DNA of 64,000 nt from Macrostomum lignano (GCA_002269645.1 NIVC01000509.1:124001-188000), one strand, 5' to 3'; shown: positions 14,249 through 32,670, counted from the first letter of the stretch. A program made the numbers and translations. The notes: generated from the sequence alone by a model not told the origin.

Positions 14249-14836
14249 ATGTCACTCTCTGGCAAGGTTTGTCTAGTCACGGGCGCCACTCGCGGCATTG
14301 GCAAAGGCATCGCTATCCAATTGGGTCAAGCCGGGGCTATTGTGTACGTCACTGGCAGGACGCTTGAGCCAGTGAACTCTGTCAAAGCTGATGGCGATGT
14401 CGCCGCAGTTGGCGGCAGCATTAAAGAAACAGTGGCAGAGATCAAAGCCAGAGGCGGCCAAGCTATTGGCGTTCAATGCGATCACAGAAATGACGAGGAT
14501 GTGAAGCAACTATTTGAGCAGATTCAACGAGAACAGAATGGTCGTCTGGACTTGCTGGTTAACAATGCATTTTCAGCTGCGCGTGCAATTGCTGAAAACA
14601 GGGGCAAAATGTTCTGGGAAATGTCGCCGGATATGTGGGACGAAGTGAACAATGTAGGATTGCGCAATCACTACATCTGCTCTGTGTACGCTTCTCGCAT
14701 GATGGTAGAGCGAGGCACTGGACTAATCATTAACGTGTCTTCCGGCGGCGGATTGAGCTACCTGTTTAACGTGCCATACGGTGTGGGCAAGGCCGCTTTT
14801 GATCGCATGGCTGCGGACATGGCTGTGAGTACTTAA
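14249..14836 (+). pseudogene. DHRS1: 3'-truncated tandem DHRS1-like paralog (~195 aa)
   Basis: Colinear with the first copy to ...RMAADMAV, then a stop (GTGAGTACTTAA). No C-terminal exon is recognisable downstream. The LINE 3' tail lies ~100 nt further on. Confidence 0.7.
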
Positions 14837-15030
14837 GTAGCTAAAACTGCATTATAGATTACTGCTGGACTAGCAGAAAGCGACTTGAGGAGTAGATTGA
14901 GACATTACCTTAGTAGTAGATTGGGGCTAAAGTAGTACTTACTTACTTACTTACTACTGACGGGGGGCGCAGGCGCCGCGAATAGGCCGCGAGGCCCCTA
15001 TCGCAACCCCAAGGTAAAAGAGCACAAGGA

Positions 15031-20116
<5,086 letters not shown>

Positions 20117-22249
20117 TTAGCCAGCAGCCAACTACTTAGCAGCCACCTGCCCCGCAAAAAAGCAGCAGGGGGGATCCGTCCCCCACCAGCAGACCAAGAC
20201 GAGGAAGCTAGCCGCTTCCACGCCAGGCCAGAACGAAAAGGAGGGGGAAGAGCCTCCTCGAAAAACGAAAAGCTGGCGGATGTCACAGAGTCCCTCGGTT
20301 TAAGTTGCCGTTTGCCCCCCGCCCATCTGTATAAGGTCAGTTTCTTCAAAATGCTGATTAATTAATTAAGGCCTGTTGTCTTTACTTAAATTTATAAGGG
20401 CATCTTAGAAGTTAATATTACTATATAATACATGTATAATAGTATTACTATATTATAATAATATAGTTGCAATTTTAATGACTATTGAATAAGTTTAAAT
20501 GCTTCCCCTATTGACTCTAAATATATGGTATCTTTCCCTTCAGAAAAAATTAGCATAGAATGACTTGATGAAAACAAAAAAAATCATTTCGAGATACACA
20601 TTTGCTGATCATTCAGGTCAAATTTCAAGGTCCAGTTTTGCACATGTTTCTCTGTAGCTTGGTTACAAGGATTTTAATAAAAATATAATAAATATGTCCA
20701 ATGAACTAACTGATACATAGCCAAATTGAAGTATTTTCAAAAACAAAAAAAATCATTTGCTCAGTTTACTTTACTGGATATCTTTGTAAAATTTCAGCTC
20801 AAAAGGTGCTCCATGGAGAATGCTAGTGTGGTTACAGGATATTTATTTTGTGCTTTAAAGTAGGAGTTTATTGCGATGCATGGTTGCTTTTAATTATTTT
20901 TATCAACAATAGTGCTCTATTTCATAACAATTTTTTACAAAAAGATAATAAGACATGTTTTTCTAATTATCTGCATCAAAATGTATCATTTTAAGCACGC
21001 ATTTTAGACGTCAGCCGAAAAATACATTTTGTGAGACGCAAAGAGGCTATCCTACCGGAAATGCTAGGCGTACAGTTAAGCGTCTATAAAATCATTTGTA
21101 GTGCAGTTTATTGAGCTTTAAAAAATTCTTAAATTAGATTTTTTATAAGCTTTCATTTTAAATGTAATATAGCAAGGTTTCAACACAACAACAACTTTTT
21201 TTAGCTACAGACATATTGTAGTATCAAAAATTAATAACATCGGTACAATGATTGAATTTGAATTTTTTCATCGCTAATTATCGCTTAATACCGCCAGATG
21301 ATTAAAAGCACTTTTGTATGATAAAGTTCAACCCAAAAATTATCTTTATTGACAGATAAAAGTGTCCTATTATTTTCAATATGGCAGTAACAATAGTAAA
21401 TGTTCGGAAAATTGTTAAAATTTTTGCTCCTCCTAGAATTTGCGAACGACCCTACTTTTATTAGAAAGATCTGAATTTCGAATTTTCGACATTCACTACT
21501 TTTCAAAAGTGACAGACCTAAATCATTAAAAATAAGCAAAAAAATTTTTGTAAGTGTTATATATTGCGCTAACAGCCCTAAAGAAAAAACCAAACAGTTT
21601 TTTATCATGAAAGATGCAAGATACTTGTTTTATCTTACAAATTTCGTTCTTATTTAAAATCGTTTTTAAGAGAACGATTTTCGAACATGTTTGCATAATA
21701 AAGTTTTTAAGAGGGCCTAGTTATAATTTTTCTGAAATTGATCACACATCTACCTAGATAGATACCGACAGACCATTTTTAGTAATGGATAATGAACTCT
21801 TAAAGCTTTGCATGATGATATAAAGCTAGGCCTACAACAAACCTTAATAACCTCACTTGGAACTTTTTGCTTTTTTTACCCACAAAATCTAGGTTAGATT
21901 CTAGATAGTTAGGCCTTGCCATTAGATTATAGATCTTGAGTTTATAGATTTTTTGGTTCTGACATTTATATATTTTATTTGGTCTTTTTTATTTCTTTTT
22001 GTGACAACTTTAATTAAATAAGAATAGGGCCTAAGACAAGAGTTTAATTTTTATGAATTTATATTTAGATTGTTAAAGACCATCACATCACTTAAAATAG
22101 GGCCTAGTTAAATCAATGCATGTTTTTATGATATAGCTAGTAATGCATAGCTAATGTCAATAAGATATAGTTCTGTTTGGATTTGCTAGGCCTAGATATT
22201 ACCATAAAGCACAATGGCTATATTTCTAATTGTATACCTTACTATACAT

Positions 22250-22642
22250 TAGAGGTCGGATGGGATCCCGATCCCAATCCCGAAATCTCGGGATCCCGAG
22301 GAAAATTGAATTCCAGCGGGACCAGAATCCTGACCCTAAAAAAGTCGAGATTCGGGAACAGGTCTTTCGATTAATAGGCCTAATTTATAGAATTAGTGAT
22401 TACTTAAAGGTATTTTGCTTCAACTTGTACTCGTTATATTATTTACTTTGTTGGTTACAAAACTTCATATCAATTTCGTTGTGTTTTACTTTTTGATCTT
22501 GACAATCTTTTCTCAATTTTGTTTAACTTTACATGGACAATACACTAAAAGACCTGATCCCGATTCCCGAATCCCGATCCCGAGAAAAAAATTATTCCCG
22601 ATCCCGATCCCGCCCGAAGATTTCAATCCCCTCCGACCTCTA
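22250..22642. mobile_element. hAT-type MITE, 393 bp
   Basis: TIR TAGAGGTCGGA (22250-22260) / TCCGACCTCTA (22632-22642). Perfect 8-bp TSD CTATACAT at 22242-22249 and 22643-22650. Subterminal GATCCC repeats. Confidence 0.9.
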
Positions 22643-24449
22643 CTATACATATCCATAGATGCTATATAGCTAGGTAAAGGCTGGCTTTACTATGGTGAAT
22701 GTGCCATCAAGAAACCACTACCTTCTAGTTTGCAGCACTAATAGTAGGTTGGCGGTTGCAAATAGCAAATATTGCTGCAAGGTGCCTGGCACTCTGACAT
22801 TGCCAATTACGAAGTTCTAAGGCAGTGTAACAGTGTTCCATTGTTTAGTTAAAATTCAAGGTCAATGAGATGCTTTGTTTGCCCTTTTTGCCTATAGTAG
22901 TTAGTATTGCAAGCAACATTTTCTATTGCTATAATGTCTAATTGACAAAATGAAAATTTTGGTTGACAAAATGCTAGTTGATTATATATCTAGTCATTGT
23001 ATGTCTAGGCTTATTTAAAGGATTCTCATTTTTATATATATACTAAAAACACATAGGAAAATATTTATAGGATATGGCAAATGTTTATTGTTTAATATAA
23101 AAAATCATAACTTTTATTATAGCAAATAAACAAAATGAAACAAAATATTATTCAATTCTTTTAATAAAGCTTTAAATAAAAACTAGAAATATTTAAGTTT
23201 TTACTTTTAGATGAATATAATTTTCTATCTAAATTGATTGTCATCAAAGGGTTTTTCTTATAACTAAAATGACTTGCTTCTTACCAAAATGACTAATCCT
23301 ACAAAAATACCAAAAATGGATAAGAAGACTAAAAAGTCAATTTCATAATTTTTGCTATAATCACTCCCTTTAATTCTTTTTTCTTGTAGTAAACATAATT
23401 TAGCATATTAAAAATTTTTCTTGACTACAGGCAAAAAAGCTAACCTGTTGAAAAATCGAAGTAAAAGCAATGAAAGTTTTGTCAAAATTTCAAGTATATT
23501 TATTCAAAAAGATTAGTTAAGTCTTGAAAAAGCAATTAAATTAAAGAGGCTTTTTATTTTATAATAATTTTTTGCTAGAACTTATCACTTCGCTCAATTT
23601 TAGAAACACAGAAGAATATATTTTTTCATATCAGTTTTTTTAAATTGGTTTTTTGAAAACTAGAAAAATTAAAACGCCTTTCCTATGCATATTAGCATGT
23701 CATAGGAACCTTTTTTGAAGCCTTTTTACTAGGGTCCTAACATACAACATACATGCACAACAGCCAGCTGAGTCAACTGATCCAGCCAACCAATTTGGCA
23801 GCCAACCAAGGTAAGTCACAAAAATGCCCACCCAAATAAATACCCAGGTAATACTAAGTAGATGACAAAGCATTTTGCCTTAATAAGACAGCCATAGTTT
23901 AGTTACTCCTGCCATTTACCCAAAGTTGCATTAATTTTGCTTTAGGGTTTCTTTTACATGTAAGGACTTCGCATTTTTGGCCAAAAACTATGTCACATTT
24001 TTGTTCAAACTAAGTCGCATGGCCGACTGAATTTTGGAGGTTGCGCATATGTGGGTCCTAAGGTTCTAAGGGATAGATTATCAATGATCAATATGGCAAT
24101 GAGACATCTTGGCAGTGGACACTTTGGGAACAATTTTGGAATAATTGAACATTTAGTTGATAGTGAATGTCATATTCATGACAAATTAAAGATAGGTATT
24201 TCAAAAAAGCCTTCAATATTAATATGTTAATGAAATTATATTGCTTACTAAATAAAAGCTAATTTTCATTTGACAGATTTTAATAAATCATGATTTAGCT
24301 TTGATATAAGACCAACCTTTTATTGTTAAGTATATAAAATGACTAAAATTGCTACTAGGATATTGCAAAAAGATCATATTGTTTAGCAACTATTTTGAAT
24401 GCACTTACCTTTGATGCTATTTCAGTGGTTGTTTTCTAGAAGTTTCACA

Positions 24450-27400
24450 ATGCAAGAGGCTGAAGTAGTTCAAGCAAAAGCCACTGATGAAAGCACAGAT
24501 GTTGATCCTGTCATTGCTGCAGAGGCTCTCTGTAAAGATGTTGTAAATTTGTTTACTAGCTTTCCAATTCCTCAGGTAAGATTGTCACAATGCTCATCAT
24601 TTGCAAAGCCAATATGAATCTTTCTGGACTAGTAATCAGCCATGTTAGTGCTGCAAGAGCATCAGTACCCTAGTAAGTCAGTGCACTGCTGGCATCAGTA
24701 CCCTAGTGAGTCAGTGCACTGCCAGCATCAGTACCCTAGTGAGTCAGTGCAATGCTGGCATCAGTACCCTAGTGAGTCAGTGCACTGCTGGCATCAGTAC
24801 CCTAGTGAGTCAGTGCACTGCTGGCATCAGTACCCTAGTGAGTCAGTGCACTGCCAGCATCAGTACCCTAGTGAGTCAGTGCAATGCTGGCATCAGTACC
24901 CTAGTGAGTCAGTGCACTGCTGGCATCAGTGCCCTAGTGAGTCAGTGCACTGCTGGCATCAGTACCCTAGTGAGTCAGTGCACTGCTGGCATCAGTACCC
25001 TAGTGAGTCAGTGCACTGCCAGCATCAGTACCCTAGTGAGTCAGTGCAATGCTGGCATCAGTACCCTAGTGAGTCAGTGCACTGCTGGCATCAGTGCCCT
25101 AGTGAGTCAGTGCACTGCTGGCATCAGTACCCTAGTGAGTCAGTGCACTGCCAGCATCAGTACCCTAGTGAGTCAGTGCACTGCTGACATCAGTGCCCTA
25201 GTGAGTCAGTGCACTGCTGACATCAGTACCCTAGTGAGTCAGTGCACTGCCAGCATCAGTACCCTAGTGAGTCAGTGCACTGCTGACATCAGTGCCGTAG
25301 TGAGTCAGTGCACTGCTGACATCAGTACCCTAGTGAGTCAGTGCACTGCCAGCATCAGTACCCTAGTGAGTCAGTGCACTGCCAGCATCAGTGCCCTAGT
25401 GAGTCAGTGCACTGCTGGCATCAGTGCCCTAGTGAGTCAGTGCACTGCCAGCATCAGTGCCCTAGTGAGTCAGTGCACTGCCAGCATCAGTACCCTAGTG
25501 AGTCAGTGCACTGCTGACATCAGTACCCTAGTGAGTCAGTGCACTGCTGGCATCAGTACCCTAGTGAGTCAGTGCACTGCTGACATCAGTGCCCTAGTGA
25601 GTCAGTGCACTGCTGACATCAGTGCCCTAGTGAGTCAGTGCACTGCTGACATCAGTGCCCTAGTGAGTCAGTGGACTGCTGACATCAGTACCCTAGTGAG
25701 TCAGTGCACTGCCAGCATCAGTACCCTAGTGAGTCAGTGCACTGCTGGCATCAGTACCCTAGTGAGTCAGTGCACTGCTGACATCAGTACCCTAGTGAGT
25801 CAGTGCACTGCCAGCATCAGTACCCTAGTGAGTCAGTGCAATGCTGGCATCAGTACCCTAGTGAGTCAGTGCACTGCCAGCATCAGTGCCCTAGTGAGTC
25901 AGTGCACTGCTGGCATCAGTGCCCTAGTGAGTCAGTGCACTGCCAGCATCAGTACCCTAGTGAGTCAGTGCACTGCCAGCATCAGTACCCTAGTGAGTCA
26001 GTGCACTGCTGGCATCAGTACCCTAGTGAGTCAGTGCACTGCCAGCATCAGTACCCTAGTGAGTCAGTGCACTGCTGACATCAGTGCCCTAGTGAGTCAG
26101 TGCACTGCCAGCATCAGTACCCTAGTGAGTCAGTGCACTGCCAGCATCAGTACCCTAGTGAGTCAGTGCACTGCTGACATCAGTGCCCTAGTGAGTCAGT
26201 GCACTGCTGGCATCAGTACCCTAGTGAGTCAGTGCACTGCTGGCATCAGTACCCTAGTGAGTCAGTGCACTGCCAGCATCAGTACCCTAGTGAGTCAGTG
26301 CACTGCTGACATCAGTGCCCTAGTGAGTCAGTGCACTGCCAGCATCAGTACCCTAGTGAGTCAGTGCACTGCCAGCATCAGTACCCTAGTGAGTCAGTGC
26401 ACTGCTGACATCAGTGCCCTAGTGAGTCAGTGCACTGCTGGCATCAGTGCCCTAGTGAGTCAGTGCACTGCTGGCATCAGTGCTCTAGTGAGTCAGTGCA
26501 CTGCCAGCATCAGTGCTTTGCAGGGTCAATGGCAACAGCAGCCCGCTAGATATCAGTCCGCACGCCTCTCCCGCAGGAGAAGGAGTTTGATGATACAGTG
26601 GAGATTCTGCTGGCTCGACTAGAAGATTATTGCGCGCTAATTGATTTAATCAGATCGGAGAGCGCTCACTGTTTGGGCACCTTACTGCCGCAGGTGTTAG
26701 CAAGCACCCGACATCTCGAGCCGTTGCTGTTGCAGATTGACAATTTAGACAGAATGGTGCAGACTGTCAAACAGAATGTGGACACTCTGGAGGCTAAAGT
26801 CTCATTAGCCGAAACTGAAATTGGACAGTTCACGTCTTTGAAGAAGTCTATTAGGTCTCGATTAACTGTAAGTGTATGAAATTTCTTGCATCCGTAGGTA
26901 TGGGGGTGTCTTTGGTGTTTTACTGATTTCACTGATTTTGGATAAACGGTTGTGGATTTGTTATTGAGGATGTGACTGGATGTCACTGATGCAGTCACCT
27001 AATATTCCCAGCTGATCATGGGGATCTGTGATTGAGGATGTCACTGATGCAGTCACCCAATATTCCCAGCTGATCATGGGGATCTGTGATTGAGGCTGTC
27101 ACTGATGCAGACACCCAATATTCCCATGTGATCATGGGGATCTGTGATTGAGGCTGTCACTGATGCAGTCACCCAATATTCCCATGTGATCATGGGGATC
27201 TGTGAGTGAGGATGTCACTGATGCAGTCACCCAATATTCCCATCTGATCATGGGGATCTGTGATTGAGGCTGTCACTGATGCAGACACCCAATATTCCCA
27301 TGTGATCATGGGGATCTGTGATTGAGGCTGTCACTGATGCAGTCACCCAATATTCCCATGTGATCATGGGGATCTGTGAGTGAGGATGTCACTGATGCAG

Positions 27401-27805
27401 TCACCCAATATTCCCATGTGATCATGGGGATCTGTGAGTGAGGATGTCACTGATGCAAACACCCAATATTCCCAGCTGATCATGGGGATCTGTGAGTGAG
27501 GATGTCACTGATGCAAACACCCAATATTCCCGGCTGATGAAGGGATGTGTACCTGTCTGTTAAGATGCTACTCATACACAGTATTTCCAGCATCTTACAT
27601 TGAAAAAATCGCAGTTACAATGGTTCCTTCCATCATAATTCAGCCCCGCTCGTCTCTAAAGCGACCAGAGAGTGAGCCAGTTGCAACATTTCATCCGCCG
27701 GAAGTGTTCTCATGCGATGTCTACTTTAAAAGCGGCAATGAAAGTACAGAAGCAACGAAGGCATCAGACTCAGCGGCTACCGATTTGGAACAAAATAAAT
27801 CATAG
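24450..27805 (+). CDS. BLOC1S4: BLOC-1 subunit 4 (cappuccino), ~192 aa
   Basis: Exons 24450-24575, 26577-26867 and 27644-27805, all phase-0 GT-AG. LLARLEDYCALIDLIRSE...IDNLDRMV...VSLAETEIG and C-terminal FHPPEVFSCDVYF match the family pattern. Confidence 0.85.
24655..26515. repeat. 33-bp minisatellite (CATCAGTACCCTAGTGAGTCAGTGCACTGCTGG) in BLOC1S4 intron 1
   Basis: About 56 units; explains the spurious 638-aa ORF. Confidence 0.97.
26985..27545. repeat. 58-bp minisatellite in BLOC1S4 intron 2
   Basis: Unit CACTGATGCAGTCACCCAATATTCCC...GATCTGTGA(T/G)TGAGG(A/C)TGT, period 58. Confidence 0.95.
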
Positions 27806-28299
27806 AATAAAAAGGCTGTACGACAGTTCGAGGTTTCTGTTGCTTATTTCTAAGAAAAATAATGTGGTTGGATTAAAAAACATAATATTATCGTATGTGA
27901 TGTTCAATAAACTCTTTGGCTGTCATCAGAACCCTATTATTGTATAATATTTCATTATTATTAAAAATTTCAATATTTGTAATGTCATTATTGAGTTACA
28001 TATCGTACTAATAAACCATATTTTCTCTGTTCTATTGATAACCAGATTTTTTTATAGAAATTGGATTTTGGGTTTTTTGTAAATTCTTGCATTAATGTTT
28101 GTCTTGATTGTAATATCGTATTGTTAACTTGTTGATCAGGTTAGCATAATTACTGGCTGTCGCAAGCAAGCAAATCAATATAAAGTTTTTTGAGCTGATT
28201 TTTTAGTCTTTTTTTAATTTTTTCACTTCATTATTTCTGAAAGTATACAGTGGAGTCTAAAACAGTATATTCTGTCTTTTTAAGCTAATATCATCAGTA

Positions 28300-28650
28300 T
28301 CTACTCAAGCTCTTTGATCTAGCCGCATCACTATCTATCATCAGCTGTTTGATCTAGCCACCATCAAAATCTGCCAAAGCTCTTTGATCTAACCGACATC
28401 ACTATCTACCATCAGCTGTTTGATCTAGCCGCAATCACTATATACCATCATCTGTTTAATCTAGCCACTATCAAAATCTGCCCAAGCTCTTTGATCTAAC
28501 CGCCATCACTATCTATCATCAACTCTTTGATCTAGCCGCTATCGATATATACCATCAGCTGTTTGATCTAGCCGCTATCACTATATAAAATCTGCTGTTT
28601 GATCTAGCCGCTATCACTATATATAATCAGCTTTTTTATCTAGCCGCCTA
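28300..28650. repeat. Degenerate ~36-40-bp tandem repeat (TTTGATCTAGCCGC...) upstream of RPS20
   Basis: Recurrent TTTGATCTA(G/A)CC core. Confidence 0.8.
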
Positions 28651-28757
28651 AATATTAATATTTGCATGCTGCCTCAGCGCTGCTCTGCTATCGAAGAGTA
28701 TACTCGGGCAAGTCCAATCAATCCTAATTAATTAACTAAGCCTAATCAAACAAAGCC

Positions 28758-29108
28758 ATGGACGCCAAAGAAGGCAAGGAAGACCTGCAACAGGCCCAGG
28801 TGCACCGCATTCGCATCACCCTGACATCCAAGAACGTGCGCAGCCTAGAGAAAGTCTGCGCCGACTTAATCAAAGGTGCCAAAGATAAGAATCTGCCAGT
28901 GAAGGGTCCGGTCCGCATGCCTACTAAGGTGTTGAGCCTCACCACCCGTAAGACACCCTGCGGCGAAGGCTCAAAAACCTGGGACCGCTACCGGCTGAGG
29001 CTGCACAAGCGACTCATCGATCTGCAGTCGCCAGCCGAGACTGTCAAGCAGATCACTAGCATCAGCATCGAGCCCGAGGTTGAAGTGGAAGTCACCGTTG
29101 CTAAGTGA
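28758..29108 (+). CDS. RPS20: 40S ribosomal protein S20 (uS10), 116 aa, intronless
   Basis: [49 protein letters not shown]. Confidence 0.96.
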   Translation: MDAKEGKEDLQQAQVHRIRITLTSKNVRSLEKVCADLIKGAKDKNLPVKGPVRMPTKVLSLTTRKTPCGEGSKTWDRYRLRLHKRLIDLQSPAETVKQITSISIEPEVEVEVTVAK

Positions 29109-29448
29109 TTTTAGTTGAACTGATGAGGAACTTTGTGTGACTGCGTGATGACCTGGCGCTGGATCTAATTGATATGGTCAAGATTGAAATTGGAATTAAA
29201 GAGATGGTTTCAAATTGGAGTAAACTTGCTGGTTCTGTCTTGACATTTTTATTTTTTATCTCAGGCATCGTGCCTAATAGCATCAGGCATTCTTGTTTAA
29301 TAGCTAACATTCACCGATTAGGATCACGATCAGCACCTTTGCTCGTATTATTTATATAGAAACTCCCTCAGCAGCTCCTCCATTGAGCCGATTGGTATAT
29401 CAGCATCTCACTCTTAGGGCTGGGTACCCCTCAGACCGACCGACTCCA

Positions 29449-29449
<1 letters not shown>

Positions 29450-29489
<40 letters not shown>

Positions 29490-29534
29490 CACAGACAGAC
29501 AGACACACAGACAGACAGACACACAGACAGACAC

Positions 29535-29565
<31 letters not shown>

Positions 29566-29572
29566 CACAGAC
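29450..29572. repeat. (GACA)n microsatellite
   Basis: Direct observation. Confidence 0.95.
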
Positions 29573-29737
29573 AGCCGGACAAACGGACAAATACGGAGAC
29601 ATTGGATTTATTTATCCAATAAAATAATGCCCGTGCATAAGTGTTCCTTTTAGTTTATTGATTTCTACTTTCAGTAGTATAGTTAGCCTGTCTGCACTAA
29701 AAACTGACTAAATTTCAGCCTAGCAGTGCTCAGCAAT

Positions 29738-32104
29738 ATGGACGAATCTTTCAGTGCCGCCTCAGCCGAAGAGGAGTCGTCAGATTTCAATCACGCGACC
29801 GTCAGTTTGCCAGTGTCTCGCATTGTGTCCGATGCCGATTTTAAAGAATTTATCGAACTCCGCCTACCAAATTGGGATGCCCATTTAAAATGGACACTGA
29901 GGCTGTTTCGCAGTCAGAGCCAATCTGGCCCGTTTGTCAGCTATTTTCTGCACGTACAGCCGCGCACGGCCATGTCTTATTATCGAGTGCGGGCCACCTT
30001 CAGCATCGACTTCAGTCTGCAACGCGCCGATGGTACAGGCCTGCGCATCGCCTTGAAACGGCATCAGCATTCCGATAAACTGTTTCAAGCTTGTGTACGG
30101 GGAGTGCAGCAGCTCACCTGGGGCATTAAGAATTTCATTTCGGTGAGTTCATAGAGCATCTGTGCTTTTGAGGGTCCGCTGTCTGAGTTCTGTCTGTTCC
30201 GGTGGAGTGTCTGCTGTCTGAGTTCTGTTCCGGTGGAGTGTCTGCTGTCTGAATTCTGTTCCGGTGGAGTGTCTGCTGTCTGAGTTCTGTTCCTGTGGAG
30301 TGTCTGCTGCCTGATTTCTGTTCCGGTGGAGTGTCTGCTGCCTGATTTCTGTTCCGGTGGAGTGTCTGCTGTCTGAGTTCTGTTCCGGTGGAGTGTCTGC
30401 TGCCTGATTTCTGTTCCGGTGGAGTGTCTGCTGTCTGAGTTCTGTTCCGGTGGAGTGTCTGCTGTCTGAGTTCTGTTCCGGTGGAGTGTCTGCTGTCTGA
30501 GTTCTGTTCCGGTGGAGTGTCTGCTGTCTGAGTTCTGTTCCGGTGGAGTGTCTGCTGTCTGAGTTCTGTTCCGGTGGAGTGTCTGCTGTCTGAGTTCTGC
30601 TCCGGTGGAGTGTCTGCTGTCTGATTTCTGTTCCGGTGGAGTGTCTGCTGTCTGTCTCAGTTGTGTCTGTTCCGGTGGAGTGTCTGCTGTCTGAGTTCTG
30701 TTCCGGTGGAGTGTCTGCTGTCTGAATTCTGTTCCGGTGGAGTGTCTGCTGTCTGTCTCAGTTCTGTCTGTTCCGGTGGAGTGTCTGCTGTCTGAGTTCT
30801 GTTCCGTTGGAGTGTCTGCTGTCTGAGTTCTCTTCCGGTGGAGTGTCTGCTGTCTGAGTTCTGTTCCGGTGGAGTGTCTGCTGTCTGAGTTCTGTTCCGG
30901 TGGAGTGTCTGCTGTCTGAGTTCTGTCTGTTCCGGTGGAGTGTCTGCTGTCTGATTTCTGTTCCGGTGGAGTGTCTGCTGTCTGAGTTCTGTTCCGGTGG
31001 AGTGTCTGCTGTCTGAGTTCTGTTCCGGTCGAGTGTCTGCTGTCTGATTTCTGTTCCGGTGGAGTGTCTGCTGTCTGAGTTCTGTTCCGGTGGAGTGTCT
31101 GCTGTCTGAGTTCTGTTCCGGTGGAGTGTCTGCTGTCTGAGTTCTGTTCCGGTGGAGTGTCTGCTGTCTGAGTTCTGTTCCGGTGGAGTGTCTGCTGTCT
31201 GAGAACTCAGCATCTATTGACACAGGTATAATTGAAACTCCACCTGACCTAAAACAGCTTTTGCTCGACTTGACGCGTTTTTATCCGGCATCCCCAATTC
31301 TCAATAAAACAGGTGCGCCGGCTGTCCTCAGCGGCCCTGAGCAGCTGCATCGGCGGCGGCGCAAACGACGACGCCGGATCGGACGCCGGCGGGAGCGGCG
31401 GCGGCGGCTCCTCAGCCTGCGAGAGACTCGTAGCCCGGCTGCGAATTCGAGTACACGAAGTGTCGGACGGCATTGTGCTGCGCGAGAAACCGATAGACCT
31501 GTGCTCAGCCAGCAATCCCGGGTCTAATTTGATTATCGAATGCCAGAATCGTCGGTTGTATTGCCACCGAGACGTGCTGCTGCTGGAGTCCGAATTCTTT
31601 CGCGGCCTGTTAGCCAGCGAATTTAAGGAGAAACAGAGCGGCCTCGTGACTCTGGAGGACGAGGAGTTTGATGAGGTATTTGCCCTGGGAGGCTGGATAG
31701 CTGTCGATATAATATTTGATTTATTGGCTTCATTGTCTATGGCCGGATGTCAAGCAAAAAGCTGCTAAAACTACTACTACTACTACTGCTACTACTATTA
31801 CTACTGCTACTACTGCTCTACTACTACTACTGCTACTACTATTACTACTGCTACTACTGCTCTACTACTACTACTACTACTATTACTACTGCTACTACTG
31901 CTCTACTACTACTACTACTACTACTATTACTACTACTACTACTACTACTACTGCTACTACTATTACTACTACTACTATTACTACTGCTACTACTACTACT
32001 ATTACTACTATTACTACTATTACTACTACTACTATTACTACTGCTACTACTACTACTATTACTACTATTACTACTATTACTACTACTACTACTGCTACTA
32101 CTAT

Positions 32105-32138
<34 letters not shown>

Positions 32139-32670
32139 GCTACTATTCTTTCATATATCATTATTTTGTAATTATTAATCTTTTTATAACCAAACGTAGG
32201 TCAGAGCGTTTCTAGAGCAGCTCTATCCGGACTGCGGCGTCCCTGTAACCATGGAAACGCTGGAATCTCTATGCCGCTTAGCCGACAAATATCTGTGCGC
32301 CAAAGTGCGGGCCAAGTGTCTCCAGTTCATCATGCGCGTATTGAACGCTTCAATCTGCTTGCACGTGCTGCTAATAAACTCGCTCTACATCAATTCCGAC
32401 TTTGTCGAGCAGACCTGCCTAGAGCTGGTTGAAGACCTGGCCTGGAGTGAGATCAAATCTTCCAACAGCTTCCTCCGATTGAGTCCGCCTCATCGGGCCC
32501 AGGTCATGGAGCGGCTGCTGGACAGGCGGGATGATTCATCCGTGTCTGGCGGGCAGCCCGCCTCCCGCTCCTCTAGTGCCCTCTGCCTGCCGCCAGCTCA
32601 GCAGCAGCAGCAGCAGCACTCTGCCGCTTCCTCTGCTTCTGGGCGCAACAGAGTCTATCAGTCTTTGTGA
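29738..32670 (+). CDS. MATH-like + BTB/POZ domain protein (putative Cullin-3 adaptor), ~412 aa
   Basis: Exons 29738-30142, 31313-31675 and 32200-32670, phase 0. MATH-like WTLRLF...SYFLHV...FSIDFSL...TWGIKNFIS. BTB motifs LYCHRDVLLLESEFFRGLLASEFKEK, FLEQLY and LCRLADKY. Confidence 0.82.
30185..31200. repeat. 31-bp minisatellite (CTGCTGTCTGAGTTCTGTTCCGGTGGAGTGT) in MATH-BTB intron 1
   Basis: Period 31 visible. Confidence 0.96.
31770..32145. repeat. (CTA)n-type microsatellite in MATH-BTB intron 2
   Basis: Direct observation; source of the poly-T/L/Y ORFs. Confidence 0.96.

Noticed and set aside
24642-26622. 638-aa Cys/Ser/Thr-rich ORF resembling a mucin or antifreeze protein
   Set aside because: It is the 33-bp intronic array, has no ATG or signal peptide, and is out of frame with BLOC1S4 exon 2.
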